A stretch of 64,000 nt of DNA, from the NCBI GenBank assembly GCA_039621445.1, contig CP154954.1:40727572-40791571 (forward strand), in the 5' to 3' direction. Position 1 is the stretch's first letter. Each line of letters begins with the position of its first letter. Source of the stretch: Euglena gracilis (lineage: Eukaryota). Positions 44,945 to 58,099 of the stretch are shown piece after piece. A program made the position numbers and the translations under genes. The notes under the pieces are model-generated. The model was not told the origin of the DNA. It did not search any database and saw only the letters and a list, made by a program, of their open reading frames with translations.

Positions 44945-47900
44945 CGTTGTTGGGGTTCTCCGCTGGACCTCTTGCCGCCATTCCCCTGGCCTCCCCCCCC
45001 ACCTCAACGCACGGGCCCCGCGCTGCTGCGAGCTCGCTCCGCGGAGCGCAGCGCCCGCCCGGCCGGCAGTCTCCTCATGAGCCGCACCCAGGGCTGCCCA
45101 GGACTCCGGCAACTCCACGTAGCCTGTCGTTCGAACGTCCATTTTTTCCCATTTGTTTCTCGCCGGGAAGGAGTTGCTCTTGCAAGCTTTGATACAGGTT
45201 GGGGTCCCCCCCCCCCGCCTCCCGAATGTCCGCCCCCTCCCCACTGACCCCGACTGTTATTTTCATATTTTTGTGTGGTTGTTCATATTATTATATAGTC
45301 GTTTAATTTCATGTATCACACGTAGTTGAATCACAGTAACTTTTTGTATGCACATGCATTATATTAACCCCCCCCCCCCAAATACCCCCCCCCCCAAATA
45401 ACACCCCCCTTGGGGGCCGAATTCGCCCAAATAAGACACCGAGACCCCCACCCCCCGTGCACAACGTTCATAAGCAGATGTATTTCTTGTCCAGGAGTGC
45501 TCACGCAGACATGGTTTTATATATATACATATATACATATATATGTATATATTTGAAGGTCAGAACCGATTGACGGAGGACCTTAGACAATTTGTTCTTT
45601 GGGTTCATTGCTTCGTGCTCCAAATTGCTCATTTTTCAAAAATGGGCTGACCGCATTTTGGCGGCGCTTTCCAGATGCCAGGGATGCACTCCTGGACAAG
45701 GTATCCTCCACGCTGATATCGGACATTGTTCGGGAAGAACCTGTTCAGGCAGCAGTGCCCAAATACCCCCCCTGGACCCCCAGTTTGGGTGCCCAAATAA
45801 CGGTATAAATCGGGGGGGGGGGGCGTGATTTTCACAGCCAGATTGCCTCAATGCCAAAAATGGGGGGTGCCAACAAGTGCAACCAGCCCCCGGGAACAGG
45901 TCAGCTGGGCAAACACCGGGGGGGGGGGTTGGGGGGGTTGAATGGCGCACATATCCATGGATACTGTGGGCTTGTTATGCAGAATTTGGCCCCCACCCCT
46001 GCCCGGCTTTCCGGCTCCGCCCTGGCCCCGTGCCGGCGCCCCCCGGCAAGCCCGGCGCCACGGCCCTCCCCTGGCGGCCTGGCGCTGGGGGCCTGGGGCC
46101 CGCCAGGGGTCTCACGTCCCCCAAGGCGCAGCCCACCACCCCGACCAAGAGCCCCGGCCGCGCCACCGCTGCCCCCCTGCTGGGCCCGCCCCCCGTGCCC
46201 CCCCCCCCCGGCAACCCTGTGGTGCTGCCCCTCCCTCTCCCCGGTTTTCCAGGCCCACAGGTTTGTCTTCAGTTTTCTTTTTAGTGACAAAAGTATTTTT
46301 CTCTCGCACAGCACCATCGTCGGTGGGGGCTCGACCCACCCAGGCTGTCCCCAAGCATGACTTGCGCCGCCGGGGCGCCGGCTGGCGCACGGGGGCGACG
46401 GCGGCGCTCCCCGGCACTGCTGAAGGCCCGGCTGAGCCCCGCCCCGCCCTCCGCGTCCGTCCCTGACGCCCTGGCAGACTTCCCCATCCACGGCCAGCCC
46501 GCAGCTGTCCGGTACAGGACTGCGCTCCCCCATCCTCAATGTGCCACAGTGCCAACGTGTATGGACAGCATGAAGTCGCTTAAGCTGAAGGAAACCCCAC
46601 CCCTGGGGTCCAGCCAGCCAGCAGTCTTTTCACAGACAGCTTCTTTCCAGCCCTGGACCCCCCTTTTTCCCCCCATCGACAAACTTTCATGCTTCCCCTT
46701 CCGCGAAGGTGCCAAACTGGGCCATAATTGGTCTGCTTGACTTGTTGGTCTGCCTAACTGAAGTTTTGGGTCTCAAAATCAATAGGTTGCATAACTGGCT
46801 AATTTGGGCTTTTCTGCCTTTTCAATTTGTGGTGGAACTTTCAGTTGTGGTCGATCTGGTTGGACCCAGTTTTCGGCCAGCTTCAGCATGGGTCCCCACC
46901 CCGGGAGGGGGGGTCAGCCAGCAGCCTTCTTCCACTCAGCTCGAATTTCCAGCCTCTGAGCTGACCCCCCCCCCAAGGGGGGGTCACTAAGCGACGTCCC
47001 AGTGGCCAACTCTAGCATTCGACCCCAGGCAGCAAGCACCCCCCAGAGGGACCCCATCGCACACCGGTGCCCCCCCTCCCGACTGCCCTGCCCCGCCCGG
47101 GACCCCCTCCCCGGCTTCCCGCGGTCCCACAGCGGCTCGTCCCTGCCCGGCAGCCCCGCCGCCCCCCGGGCCCCGCCACCCGGGGCCGACCCCCGCCGCC
47201 CCACCACCGCCGCCGCCGCCGCCGCCGGCCCGCGGCCCACCGCCGGGACCGCGGGGGCCGGCCCCCCTCGAGGGGGGGAACTGAAGGCCAGCGCCGGTCC
47301 CCGTCGCAAGCCCACCGGACGGGAATTGTGGAAACCCGATGGGTGGCGGGGGGCCCACCCCGGGAGGGTGGGACGGATCCGACCCCCCCCCCACCTCCCG
47401 AGTGCCGGAGTTGACCTCTTGCACCGGGACGTCCCACGCAGCCCTGGGGGGGGGGGTGGCTTAAAGGGAGGCGGCGCTGCCGGGGACCAGCTGGAGCTCC
47501 ATCCAGCAGCTGGCCGCGGAGCAGAATCGCCGCCGGACGCCGGACCGCAACCGCTCCCTGCGGCGGGGCTCGGCCGGGACCCGAACCCCCGGAAGCCCCG
47601 GCCCGTCATGGCCCACACACAAGTGCACACACACTCACAGACACCTGCCGTGGCACATTGACACAAGTGATACATGCGCATACCCCACCCGACCCACACA
47701 GCAATGGACGCTGTTGGGCAAGGGGCGGATCACGAGCCCGGCCAATCCTCAACCGCCTCCCCCTGCCCAGGGCTCTGCCTGTGCCAATCGCAGGCAAACG
47801 GCCGCATTGTGGGTGCCCCCCCCCCCACAGCACAGGGTTGGGCTTTCCCCCACCGGCGCGGCACGCAGAGCCCTGCCAGGCGACGAGTGGCGGGGGCTGC

Positions 47901-48133
47901 TCCAGGCTGGGGGTGGCTACTCTGAGATTTACGCCTCCCCCGACAGCCCCACCCCGCCGTCCCTGTTCCTCGGGGAGTACTACCCCGCCGCGCTGGCGTC
48001 CCCCCACCGCTCCGAGCCTGCCTCCGGCCGGCTGGGGGCCGCCGGGGCCGGGGCGCCCGCTGCCCCCTACCCTGCCCCCTCCATGGCCCAGGGCACGGGC
48101 AGGGCGCGGTTTCTCGACGGTGCAACGTTCTGA
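42803..48133 (+). CDS. Multi-exon protein with two WW-like domains and a Pro/Ser/Ala-rich tail
   Basis: Exon 42803-42911 MSADPFPPLPPGWECRLLTSGRYIFLDEASSTTTFSH joined to 43756 (PTTRQEY); second repeat at about 44310-44465 PFPDLPPGWVYGVEGAFFVFHQLGSAVCQSRHPLTGRQY; further high-GC3 segments up to a TGA at 48131-48133; 3' exons not resolved. Confidence 0.68.
42912..43755 (+). other. Non-conventional intron
   Basis: +4 CAGGGAGGG pairs with CCCACCCTG; TSD remnant CAGCCACC / TCACCACC; C|A at both junctions. Confidence 0.8.
43194..43728. mobile_element. hAT-like MITE nested in a non-conventional intron
   Basis: TIR CAGGGATGTATGGGAAGCCC / GGGCTTCCCACACATCCCTG; C-rich flanks. Confidence 0.85.
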
Positions 48134-48789
48134 CAATTGGGTGCTTCGGGGAAAACACCATGACGGACCATAACCCGAATCCTAACCCTGACCCTATTCT
48201 TGTTGTTCTTAGCCCTCCCGCGCAAAAAACTACCCAACGTGCTTTGGTTGTCGAAGGGAATATCATGGGGTCCAAGTTATGCAACGCAAACCCTGTGTCG
48301 TTTCGCCATCCGGGGGGGAATGGAAGCAATGCAAGGGATGGCAGCGACGCTGCCAAAACATTAGGATTTTTCGTCTATTTTTCAAATTTGTGCCAAGACC
48401 TGCTAGGCATGGTTGGGCGTATTCCATAGTTTCCCCGCAGGATGGTTATCAAAGAGCTGCGGTCATCTGCAGGCAGGACGACTTCTTCTTCTCCCCGGCT
48501 TCCTCTTGGGCTGTCCGGCACTAACCCAACTGCTGAACCAAACCAGCATGGGGGGGAAAAAAGATTGGGTGCCACGGGGCAAATCTGAGTTGGCCAACAA
48601 TGGCCCCCGCCCCCATGTCTCACCACAACCTATTTTTAAATAATAAAAAAATAACACTTATTTGTTGTAAAACATTGGCTATGATGCCAGTATAGTAATC
48701 TACCGTAAACCACTAAAAAACACCGTTTCAACTTTTTTTTGACGACCAATAATGATTATTTGTAATAAAAACACATATGGCACAAAGTG

Positions 48790-51725
48790 GGGCCCCCATA
48801 CCTGGGGTATGGGGGTGGTATGGGGGTGGTATGGGGAGATATGGGGGGGGTATGGGGGGTATGGGGGTGGTATGGGGTATGGGGGGTTTGGGGGGTTTTT
48901 TGGGGGGGGTATGGTGGGATAGTGTTTGGGGATATTGTTGATGTGGTTGGCTGAAAAAGGGAGATCCTGCAATCCCTCACCCCCCGGGCCACTGGAAAAA
49001 TTTCATATATCGCGCTATTTGTCCGCAAAATAACTTCGGAGACAAACATGAGGTTTATTTTTTTTGCCGGGGGGGGGCGGGGGGGGGGGGGCGGGAGCCC
49101 CCCCCCCGGCACTCGAACAGTTTCATACGTCGCGCGATTTGCCCACAAAAAAAAGTCGGTAGACAAAGATGAGGCTATTTTTGTTGCCGGGGGGGGGGGG
49201 GGGGGGGGGAGCCCCCCCCCCCCCGGGCACTGGAACAGTTTCATACGTCGTGCGATTTGCCCACAAAAAAAGTCGGTAGACAAAGATGAGGTTATTTTTG
49301 TTGCCGGGGGGGGGGGGGGTCCGGGGGGGGGGGCGGGCGGGAGCCCCCCCCCCCCCTGGGCACTCGAACAGTTTCATACATCGCGCGGTCGAAAAATGCT
49401 CATTTTTGGCTCAAAAACAGGTTTTCCGGGTCTGGGGGGCCAAAAACCATGGTTTCGGACAAAAAATTTTTTCGCATTTTTTCGTCTTTTTTTGCTCCGT
49501 TTTGGACCCAAACACCGAAAAAATCTCAAATTCGGCGCAAAACAAGTTTTCCGGGTGCGGGGGAAACATTTTTTCGGGCAAAAAAAATTTTGGGGGTATG
49601 GGGGGGGGTATGGGGGGGGGTCGCTGAGCTCTTATCCCTTTATGGGTAAGAGCGAAGCTTACCACTGGGGGAAAACCCCTCCCCCCCCCACCCCCCCCCC
49701 TCGGGGCCACCTCGGGAACCGGCGGATTATCACCATGATCCCGGCCCCGTTCCCGAAATTTTTTTTTTCAGTCGCGAGCGACTGGATTCCTAGTTTCCGA
49801 ATCACCTGGGTTTGACCCCCAACTCCCCGCCAGGCCCGAGTTATTCACGCGCGAAGGGGTCCAAACTGGGTAGGATTGGCCAACCCCCCCCCCCCTTTGG
49901 ACTCTGCCATTTCGGCCAAAAAATGTCAATTTTCAAAATATCTTCAAAATGAAGCAAAATCAAAGGAAATGTCCGGCGACCTAATTTGAAGCCCTTGGAA
50001 CGCCCCATCTGCCGGTATTTTGATTTCCCCGCAACTCCCCGCCTGGCCCGAGATACGGCCGTTTTCGGCCCGGATGGCCGTTTTGTACACTTTTTCCACT
50101 GTCCGACTTAGCCGTTTTCAGCCAAAATTCGGCCAAAAATCAATAGTTTCAAAATTTTTCCAAAATGAAGCAAAATCAAAAGAAATGTCCGGAGACCTAA
50201 ATTGAAGCCCTTGGAACACTCCATCTACCGGTATTTTGATTTCCCCACAACTGTTCGCGTATCCCGAGATACGGCTGTTTTTCAGCCGATTCTGGCCATT
50301 TTGTACACTTTTTCCACTGGTGGACTTAGCCGTTTTCGGCCAAAAAAAGGCGAAAAATATCGAAAATTTTTTTTTACCCAAAACCATGCTTCTTGGCCTC
50401 CCGGACCCGGAAAAGGGTTTTCGAGCCGAAAATTTTTTTCGACCATCATGGCCATCATGGCCATCATGACCCGTGATGGCCATGATGCGCATCATGACCC
50501 ATGATGGCCATCATGACCCTGATGGGCCATGATGCCCATCATGACCCATGATGGCCATCATGACCCATGATGCCAATCATGGGTCATGATGCCCATCATG
50601 ACCCATGATGCCCATCATGACCCATGATGGCCATCATGACCCATGATGGCCATCATGACCCATGATGGCCATCATGACCCATGATGGCCATCATGACCCA
50701 TGATGGCCATCATGACCCATGATGGCCATTATGACCCATGATGGCCATCATGACCCATGCCGCCCATTATGACCCATGATGGCCATCAGGACCCATGATG
50801 CCATCATGGACCCATGATGGCCATCATGACCGATGATGGCAATCATGACCAATGATGGCCATCATGACCCATGATGGCCATAATGACCCATGATGGCCAT
50901 CATGACCCATGATGGCCATCATGACCCATGATGGCCATCATGACCCATGATGCCCATCATGACCCATGATGCCCATCATGACCCATGATGCCCATCATGA
51001 CCGAGGATGGCCATCATGACCAATGATGGGCATCATGGGTCAAAAAAGTCGAAAAAAAATCGAAATAATTTTTTTGCCCGAAACGATGTTTTTGGGCCTC
51101 CCAGACCCGGAAAAACTGTTTCTGAGCCGAATATGAGTGTTTTTCGACCCTCCAGCGCCCCGTTTTGGGCCGCCAACCAATTGACTTTGGGCCAAAACCG
51201 GGTCAAAAAAGTCGAAAAAAATCGAAAAAATTTTTTTTGCCCGAAACGATGTTTTGGCCTCGCGGACGCGGAAAAACTGCTTTGATCCGAAAACGAGCGT
51301 TTTTCGCCGCCGGGCGCCGGCCGGGCCGCCCGCCCCCCCGCCGGGGTCAAACCCCGGGCCGCCGGGCCGCCGGCCAAAAAATCGAAAAAAACCGCCCCGC
51401 CGTTTTTGGCCCCGCCGGACCCGGGCCGCCCGCCGGCCAGAGCCCGGGCGGCCGACCGCCGCCGCCCCCCGGGCCGCCGACCCAGTGACTTTGGGTCGCC
51501 CGGGTCAAAAGTCGAAAAATCGAATCGAAAATTTTTTTTTTTTTTTGCCTCGGACCATGATTTTTTTTTGGCCGGATCCTAGGGGTAACGGACGTAAGAG
51601 GACCGCCGATACCGACCGCGGGAAAGGGGTGGGGGGGGGGTGGGATATGAATGTCATGGGGGTTTAAAGAACTATAAAACCTGGTATTATGGGGGTATGG
51701 GGTGGTGATGGGGGATGGGGCTTTG
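48790..51725. repeat. Composite repeat element with internal direct and inverted duplications; partial sibling at about 19060-19530
   Basis: (GGGGGTAT)n ends; roughly 120-bp triplication at 48980-49390; roughly 215-bp duplication at 49940-50370; 49390-49520 is the reverse complement of about 51050-51200; boundaries uncertain. Confidence 0.6.
50443..51041. repeat. 19-bp tandem satellite of self-complementary units (CCATCATGACCCATGATGG), about 30 copies
   Basis: Directly visible; each unit is an 8-bp stem with a 3-nt loop. Confidence 0.95.
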
Positions 51726-52130
51726 GCCACGATTATGATGATGATGATGATGATGATGATGACGACGATGATACAACAATAAAAAAGACTTCTGAAAAAA
51801 ATTGCTTATTTTGATGGTCGGTCAGGGTTTTGTGGGCGATTCCGGCCCACCCAAGGCCGAACTTGGGCCAGGTTTGAGGCTTTCCATGTAAGCCTGGGTT
51901 CGGCCGAAGTATTCTCCCACATCGGTGCGTGCCCTGCCCCACCCCTCCGCCGGTGGTGCGGCTGCCCCGCCCTCTGGACGCGCCGGACCGCAGCCCCAGT
52001 GCCGCGGTGGCGGCGGGGGCCGCCCCGCTGGATGCAGCCCCGGGTTTGGAGGCCCCAGCCACTGGTCCCCCCCCCCCCGTCTGGTCGGAGGTGCCCACTG
52101 CCCTATGTGTATGAGGTTCTGATCAGGCTG

Positions 52131-53128
52131 ACCTCCCCCCCATTGTCCAACGACTGGCCTTGTCCAACCCCCCCCCCCCAGTCAGTAGCGATCTCTTTCC
52201 AGGTGATCTTTTTTTCCCCAGACATTCGCGTTTTTGACCCCAGTCTTGTCTAACGACCACCCCCCGGTCAGTAGCGATATTTAGCGGTCGTTGGACAAGG
52301 GGGGGGAGGTACCTCCAATTCAGAATGCCACAGGGGGGGGGGTAGCTTGTGTGGGGGGTCCGGTACGCCCCCCCCCCCGCTTGACGGTTCCTTAGACGGC
52401 CGGGAATGCACTTTTCATTTTTGGTGGTTTTTTTGCGCACCTGCGCATTCTTTTGTGACCAACTGTGTCGCCATCACTTGACGGGGCGGCCGACCCGTCA
52501 CCTGAAACCCCTGGTACCAAAATGGGTACCTCCCCCCCCCCCTTGTCCAACGACCGGGCTTGTCTAACGACCACCCCCCCCGGTCAGAGACGATCTTTTT
52601 GTATACGATGTTGGTTCGGCCAAAATTGCTAAAAGTTGGCTAAAAACAGTCAAAAATAGCCCAAAATGGCCTAAAATGGCCAAAGGATGGCCAAAAGTTC
52701 ACAAAAAGTTGCCAAAAATAGCAAAAAATAAGGCAAAAATGGCCAAAAGTAACCAAAAACAGCCTAAAGTGGCCAAAAATGGGCAAAGGGGGCCAAAGTG
52801 TGGCCAACAGTTGCCAAAAGTGGCCAAAAGCGACCAAACATGGCGAAAAGCGGTCAAAAATGCCTAAAAATTCCCAAAAGTGCCCCAAAAATGTCCAAAA
52901 ATGGCCAAAAGTGGCCAACCGTAGTCAAGGAATAGCATAAATGGCCAAAAACAGCCCAAAAATGGCCATATACCCTATCTATGGTAAATTTTCCTCCGAT
53001 TTGGGGTCCACCCCCCTTGTCTAACGACCACCCCCCCTGGTCGGAGACGAACATTGGCCATTTTAGCGACCGCCCCCCCGGCCGGAGACGAACATTAGTG
53101 GTCGTTGGACAAGGGGGGGGGGGAGGTA
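52131..53128. mobile_element. Two adjacent TA-type MITEs (about 52131-52310 and 52529-53126) with TGTCCAACGAC repeats
   Basis: TIR TACCTCCCCC..TTGTCCAACGAC / GTCGTTGGACAAGGGG..GAGGTA; related to 60899-61305. Confidence 0.8.
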
Positions 53129-56100
53129 CCACTACTTTCGACCCCCGGGTTTTTTTCTGGGCAAACCGACTTTTTTTCGTTTTGAAATGGTGGTTTTCCA
53201 CCTCCGCCGACCGGGGGAAAACCCCCGTCTGCCGAAGTAGGTGCGACACAAAACACTGTTTTACGAGGACGAACCCTCGTCAGGTGAAGGCGTTGTACCT
53301 GTCGCTGTCCCCCCTGTTTTGTGGTGTCCAGTGAATGCGCAGGTGCGCATTCACCCCCCTCCCCGTCCCGGCCTTTTCCCGAAGTTCTGGACGGTTATTG
53401 TGGCTCCCGGGGGTGGTTGTGGGAAGGGGGCACTGTTGTCTCTGCGGTTTGAGTGGAGAGGAGGTTCTGTGCCCTGTGCTGGAAGCAGGGCACGAGGGGG
53501 CTCTGGCGAGTGTTTGGTGTGTGCGTGTAGTCTGCATTCAGAGAGTGGTGGGGTGTGTGTGTTTAAATCCACACCAGATGTGTGTTGGGGAGGGCTCGTC
53601 ACCCTCCTCAGGCTGCCTGCTGTTTGCCATCCCACACGGTGCACTGCACCCCTCTGTGACAGTTGCAGGCACAGCATCCCTCCAGTGGCGCACGCAGTCT
53701 GCTCCGCATGTGTCTTCTCATAGGCACCACGGCACATCACCATGTGCGACCACCTGTGTTTAGGTGTGACGTTTGGGATGGGCCGCTGGGTATGGAAGGG
53801 GGGGGGGCTGGCTTGCACTCCTCTCCTGTGTGTCACTGGTTTTAAAAGCTACGGAGCGGAGCCCCACTTCAACCCTTTTTGCCACAGACAACACCCTCCA
53901 GAACAGCCCTCACAAACGATGTAAATGGCTCCTCTCCGAGGTTGCATGAGGCACAAGAATGCGCACGTGCGCATTCTTGAGGCCATTCCTTCGCTGGCTG
54001 ACTATGATTCTATCTGCAGGAGAGCAGGAGGGGAGCAGCGCTGGGCATCCACAAGAGTGCGCACCTGCGCATTTCATGAGGGGGAGTGCGCAGGTGCGCA
54101 TTCTCTGTGCTGTGGGGAGCTGTGTCTCGCACTCCTGAACCCAGTGCCAGCACAGCATTGTGGCAGGGCCACCCCCATGGTGCACTGCTGGCCTTTTTGT
54201 TAGCGATTTCAGAGGCATCTCATTGCACAGGTGGATGCCGCCAGAGCAGGGTGGACGTCTCCCGGGGTGTGCCTCCACCTTGTGTGCTGAGTTGTTTGGC
54301 ATGGCCCTGTACAGCAACCTCCTACCAGGGTGCTTTAAGGGGAGACACAAGAAGGGAATGCGCATGTGCGCATTCACCCCGATGTGCCATGTTTGACTGC
54401 AGCCATTGCGGATGAGGTGTGGAGAAAGTGTGTTTGCTTTCCTTGGTCTTCACAGCCGCCAGGGGTTGTGTAGTTTGCAGTGCTGGAGCGTTGACTCTGA
54501 GTACATGATAAAAAGTGTTCTATGTGGTGGGTGACGTTTGTTGCCAACAAGGCCACAGGTGGTGGTCATCCTCTGCCGTGTTTCGCTCCAGGGCTGCTTC
54601 GTCCTCGGACACCATTGGATCCTCACAGGGAGGTCTGCACTTCAACTGTGTGGTTTCAAACCCAGGCCAGGCAGGGGGAGTTGGCGTGGGTGGTGGCATA
54701 CCCACCTGGGAGTGCAAATATTCGACGGAGTGGCTGTCATTCAAAGAAAGGCACAGGACGATTTTTTGCGCATGTGCGCATTCACTGGCTTTTCACTCAT
54801 GCCATGAAGGACTGCTGACCGCATTTGGGAATTAGGGTGCCCGTCACCGAGGAATTTCCTCGGGCACTGAAGTCCCTTTCTCATCCGTATGCCCTTGGTA
54901 CGACACAGTGTAATACACAGAAAAAGCAGAACGGAAAAACTTCCTGGGTTTATCGGCAAGTTTTTGTTGTGATGTGCTTGTGCTTGTCTCACGATATCAA
55001 GGGTCTGGAGAAAATTTGGGGCAAGGACTAACCAGTGGTGTTCGCTTCTTTGAGTCCATTTGGATTGTGAATTAATTCTGTGTTTATAGACCGTTTTTGG
55101 CAATAATGCCGAAGGTGGTGACAGGCGTGTTTCGCTCTCGAGGTGCCAACCCCGTGTGCACTGTGTGTGGAACCAGACACAACCCCCTGCGTTGACCCTA
55201 ATTGTGGGGCGCAGTGCTCCTGGCACCGTGCACTGCAGCCCAACATAAGGTTGTTCAGGGAGCCAATTGGCTGTGTGCTGCCATGCACGCTCTGGGGCGT
55301 GGGGTCGGACAACGCTGGCAGCAGCCTCCCTATCACCTCCCCCAGGTGGGGGACGGTTGCATGTGCGTTGTGACTTGCTCCACACGTTCATTAGAGCAGC
55401 GTAAGCTGGGCTGGGCACTGGACTGCAGCGGGTGAAGTGGAATGCGCAGGTGCGCATTCTGATTTGTTCGGTGACTTACGCTGCAGGAGGGCAGTTCCCC
55501 TGTCACTGAAGGACATGAATTTGTGCCTTGACACCTGCCGTCGCCGAGCCCAGGGTTTTCCATGCTGCTGCGGGTGTGGTGTTTCAAGGTGTGGTCTGGT
55601 ACAGCGACATGATTGCCCAGGGTTATTCTCTTGGTTCAATTGCCCCTCACACACCCATGTTCTGCAAGCCCGAAACCACATCACAGCGGTGCACAGCTCG
55701 CATTCAAGGCAGGCAAACAACAGGCCATACCCAGTGTGTCCTTCAACATCAATGCGCGTGTGCGCATTCCCCCTTCCCACAGCCTGTGTCCATTCCAAAA
55801 AATGCGCACCTGCGCATTCTTTTGGGTTTCCAAAAAAATGCGCAGGTGCGCATTCTTCGGCCCTGATACTCAGTGACACCCCCATTGTTTTGACCTTGGG
55901 AGGGCTGTGTCTCTGTGGCTGCAAGGTGTTCCCTCCCATGCTCATCCCGGGTTCACCAGGCCCTGCCCCCAGAAGCCATCAGCACGCATCGGTGAACACA
56001 AGGTGTCACCCCCACGTCCAGGCTTCCCTGCGTCACCTGTGTTCCGCATGCCGTGTGGAGTGTGCTGAGCGTGTGTCCATCCACGCACTGTACCACAGTC

Positions 56101-56285
56101 GTCGTGAAACAGCTGTAAACAGCATGATACGTGGTTGAAGCAGAATACTGGGGGGTGGTCCCTGTGGTCGCGTTAAATCCAAACAGCTCATTTTTATGGT
56201 GTTTACCCCCAGTCTGGAAGTGGCATCAAACCATGCAAAATGCGCACCTGCGCACTCCGCGTCCAAAATGCGCGGATGCGCATTT
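52435..56285. repeat. Dispersed 20-bp palindrome GAATGCGCA(NN)TGCGCATTC, about 13 copies
   Basis: Copies near 52435, 53333, 53957, 54055, 54084, 54356, 54766, 55440, 55751, 55801, 55837, 56238, 56266. Confidence 0.9.
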
Positions 56286-58099
56286 TCACTAAAACTGCCT
56301 AAATTTTGTGACTCAACAAGAAAAGTGCATTCCCGGCCGTCTAAGGGTTCGCAAGCCAGCGCACCCTGAAACAGGGGTTGCCGAAAATTTCTGGCAAAAA
56401 GTGCTGGATGAGAGAATGGTGCTTTGAGGCATTTTTGAAGTGTTTGGTGATCTGAGGCATTTTTTTTTGAAATGTTTTGTGCCCCTCCCCTGATCCAATT
56501 AACTTCCTTCACCTCATAAGATCTGTAACAGAGTGCAGCACAGTACAGTGCGACTCCAGTGAAAGAAGTTTGTCAACCAACACTCAATACAGTCATTTAA
56601 AGTCCCCCAAAGAAGCTTTGAGGGGCAAAGCCAAAACTAAACCAGTTTCAGCAGGTGGCACTGCTGAACAAGGTCTGCAAATCACCAAACTGCGCCAGGT
56701 GCATGCGAATTACTGTTTTACCTAACTGACTTATGGCTTAACTAATTTTCGAAACTGAATTTCATACACACATGCAGAATTGTAAAATTTGTAGAAATTC
56801 TCAAATCACAAAATCCTAGAAATTTCACAGGGAAGTTGGTCCTGGAAGTTTCACAAGGGCTCTAAAGGTCTGGGGGAAAATGGGGTTTTTATGGAGGTAT
56901 TTTGCAGAATGCGTATACCAGAACAATCATATGATGCCAGCGGTCGTATATGATGCCAGCGGTCGTCAGGAACAGCAAAACCATGCAGTATGGAGTATTT
57001 TTTAAACAAGCAATGATCCGACATGTTTGGGGATGTGGTGGTGACAATTTGGGCCACATTGGGTGACATTTTGGGAAAATGGGCCAGAACAGCCCGACAG
57101 CATGGTGCTTCCAGGCTGTCTTTAGGAATATTATGCATCGTGGTTGTAATTTGCACCCACAAAATTTCCCAAAATCCACACTAACGTGCTTTTAGGACTG
57201 AAATTCAACAGACAAACTTTTTTTACGGGGCAACATTCCGGAACATCGGAGATCTGGTGCTGGAACATTGGGTCAAAATGCGAAAAAAATTGCCCTGAAA
57301 AGCCCCTATGTTCTTAAAAGAACATATAATCCTGGGAAGGTTGCTTTCCCATCTTTTGTTTCTTTGCCCTTCTTCTTGGGTCTGGAAGTCCTGCCATATA
57401 CAACGGCGGGGTCTGTACTCCGGGTGGGTTTTTGCATTCCCCCAGCCTTTTGATCCGAAGAGATGCGCAATCATGCCAAGCGATGAATGGAATCCGTGGG
57501 ACGTTTGCTGCATTCCGTTGGTCCTTTCAGCTCTCTGGCTTCCCACCGGCTGCATCCGTCAAATCCAGCGGCTGGCACGCAACGCAACAACCGCCTCGTG
57601 GGATTGGGTCGTGTCCTCACCTGATCCGCCCACTCCAGTGAAGCCGCCGCTCGCAACGGACCACACTTTTCTTGCTCCTTTAACTCAGCCGCAAGTTTCC
57701 CCGGTATAATCGTTTAGTCATTGCCTCTGGAGTTTTTAAATTACTGTCCCCCGCGATGGGCCCAGTTTTTAACCAGCGGAACCCACTTTTTTAATTGCAT
57801 GCTGATGGACATTTTTAGGTATTCTGTTACTTTTAGGGACAGGGTTTGGATTGCATTTGTCGTCAAGAAAGGGGTGAGGGTCGGAATTAGGCCAAAATGA
57901 GGAAGTTATGATGAGATTGGGCCCAATGTGCCCTAACCCTAACCCTGTGTTTAACCCGAAACCTTCAATAGGCTAGCCATATTACACACTAGCCATTGGG
58001 TGTGTATCCCGCAGGTCAAACACCGGAGCCCCCCCCCCCCCCGGTAATTTTCTGCCTCCCGGGGCCGAAACAGGTTCAGGCTTGCGCTCCACCGACTTT

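Noticed and set aside
50443-51041. CRISPR or coding (His/Asp/Met-rich) interpretation of the 19-bp repeat
   Set aside because: No spacers; the unit length is not a multiple of 3 and stops recur in all frames
52435-56285. CRISPR array interpretation of the palindromes
   Set aside because: Spacer lengths vary about 100-fold, no cas genes, eukaryotic context
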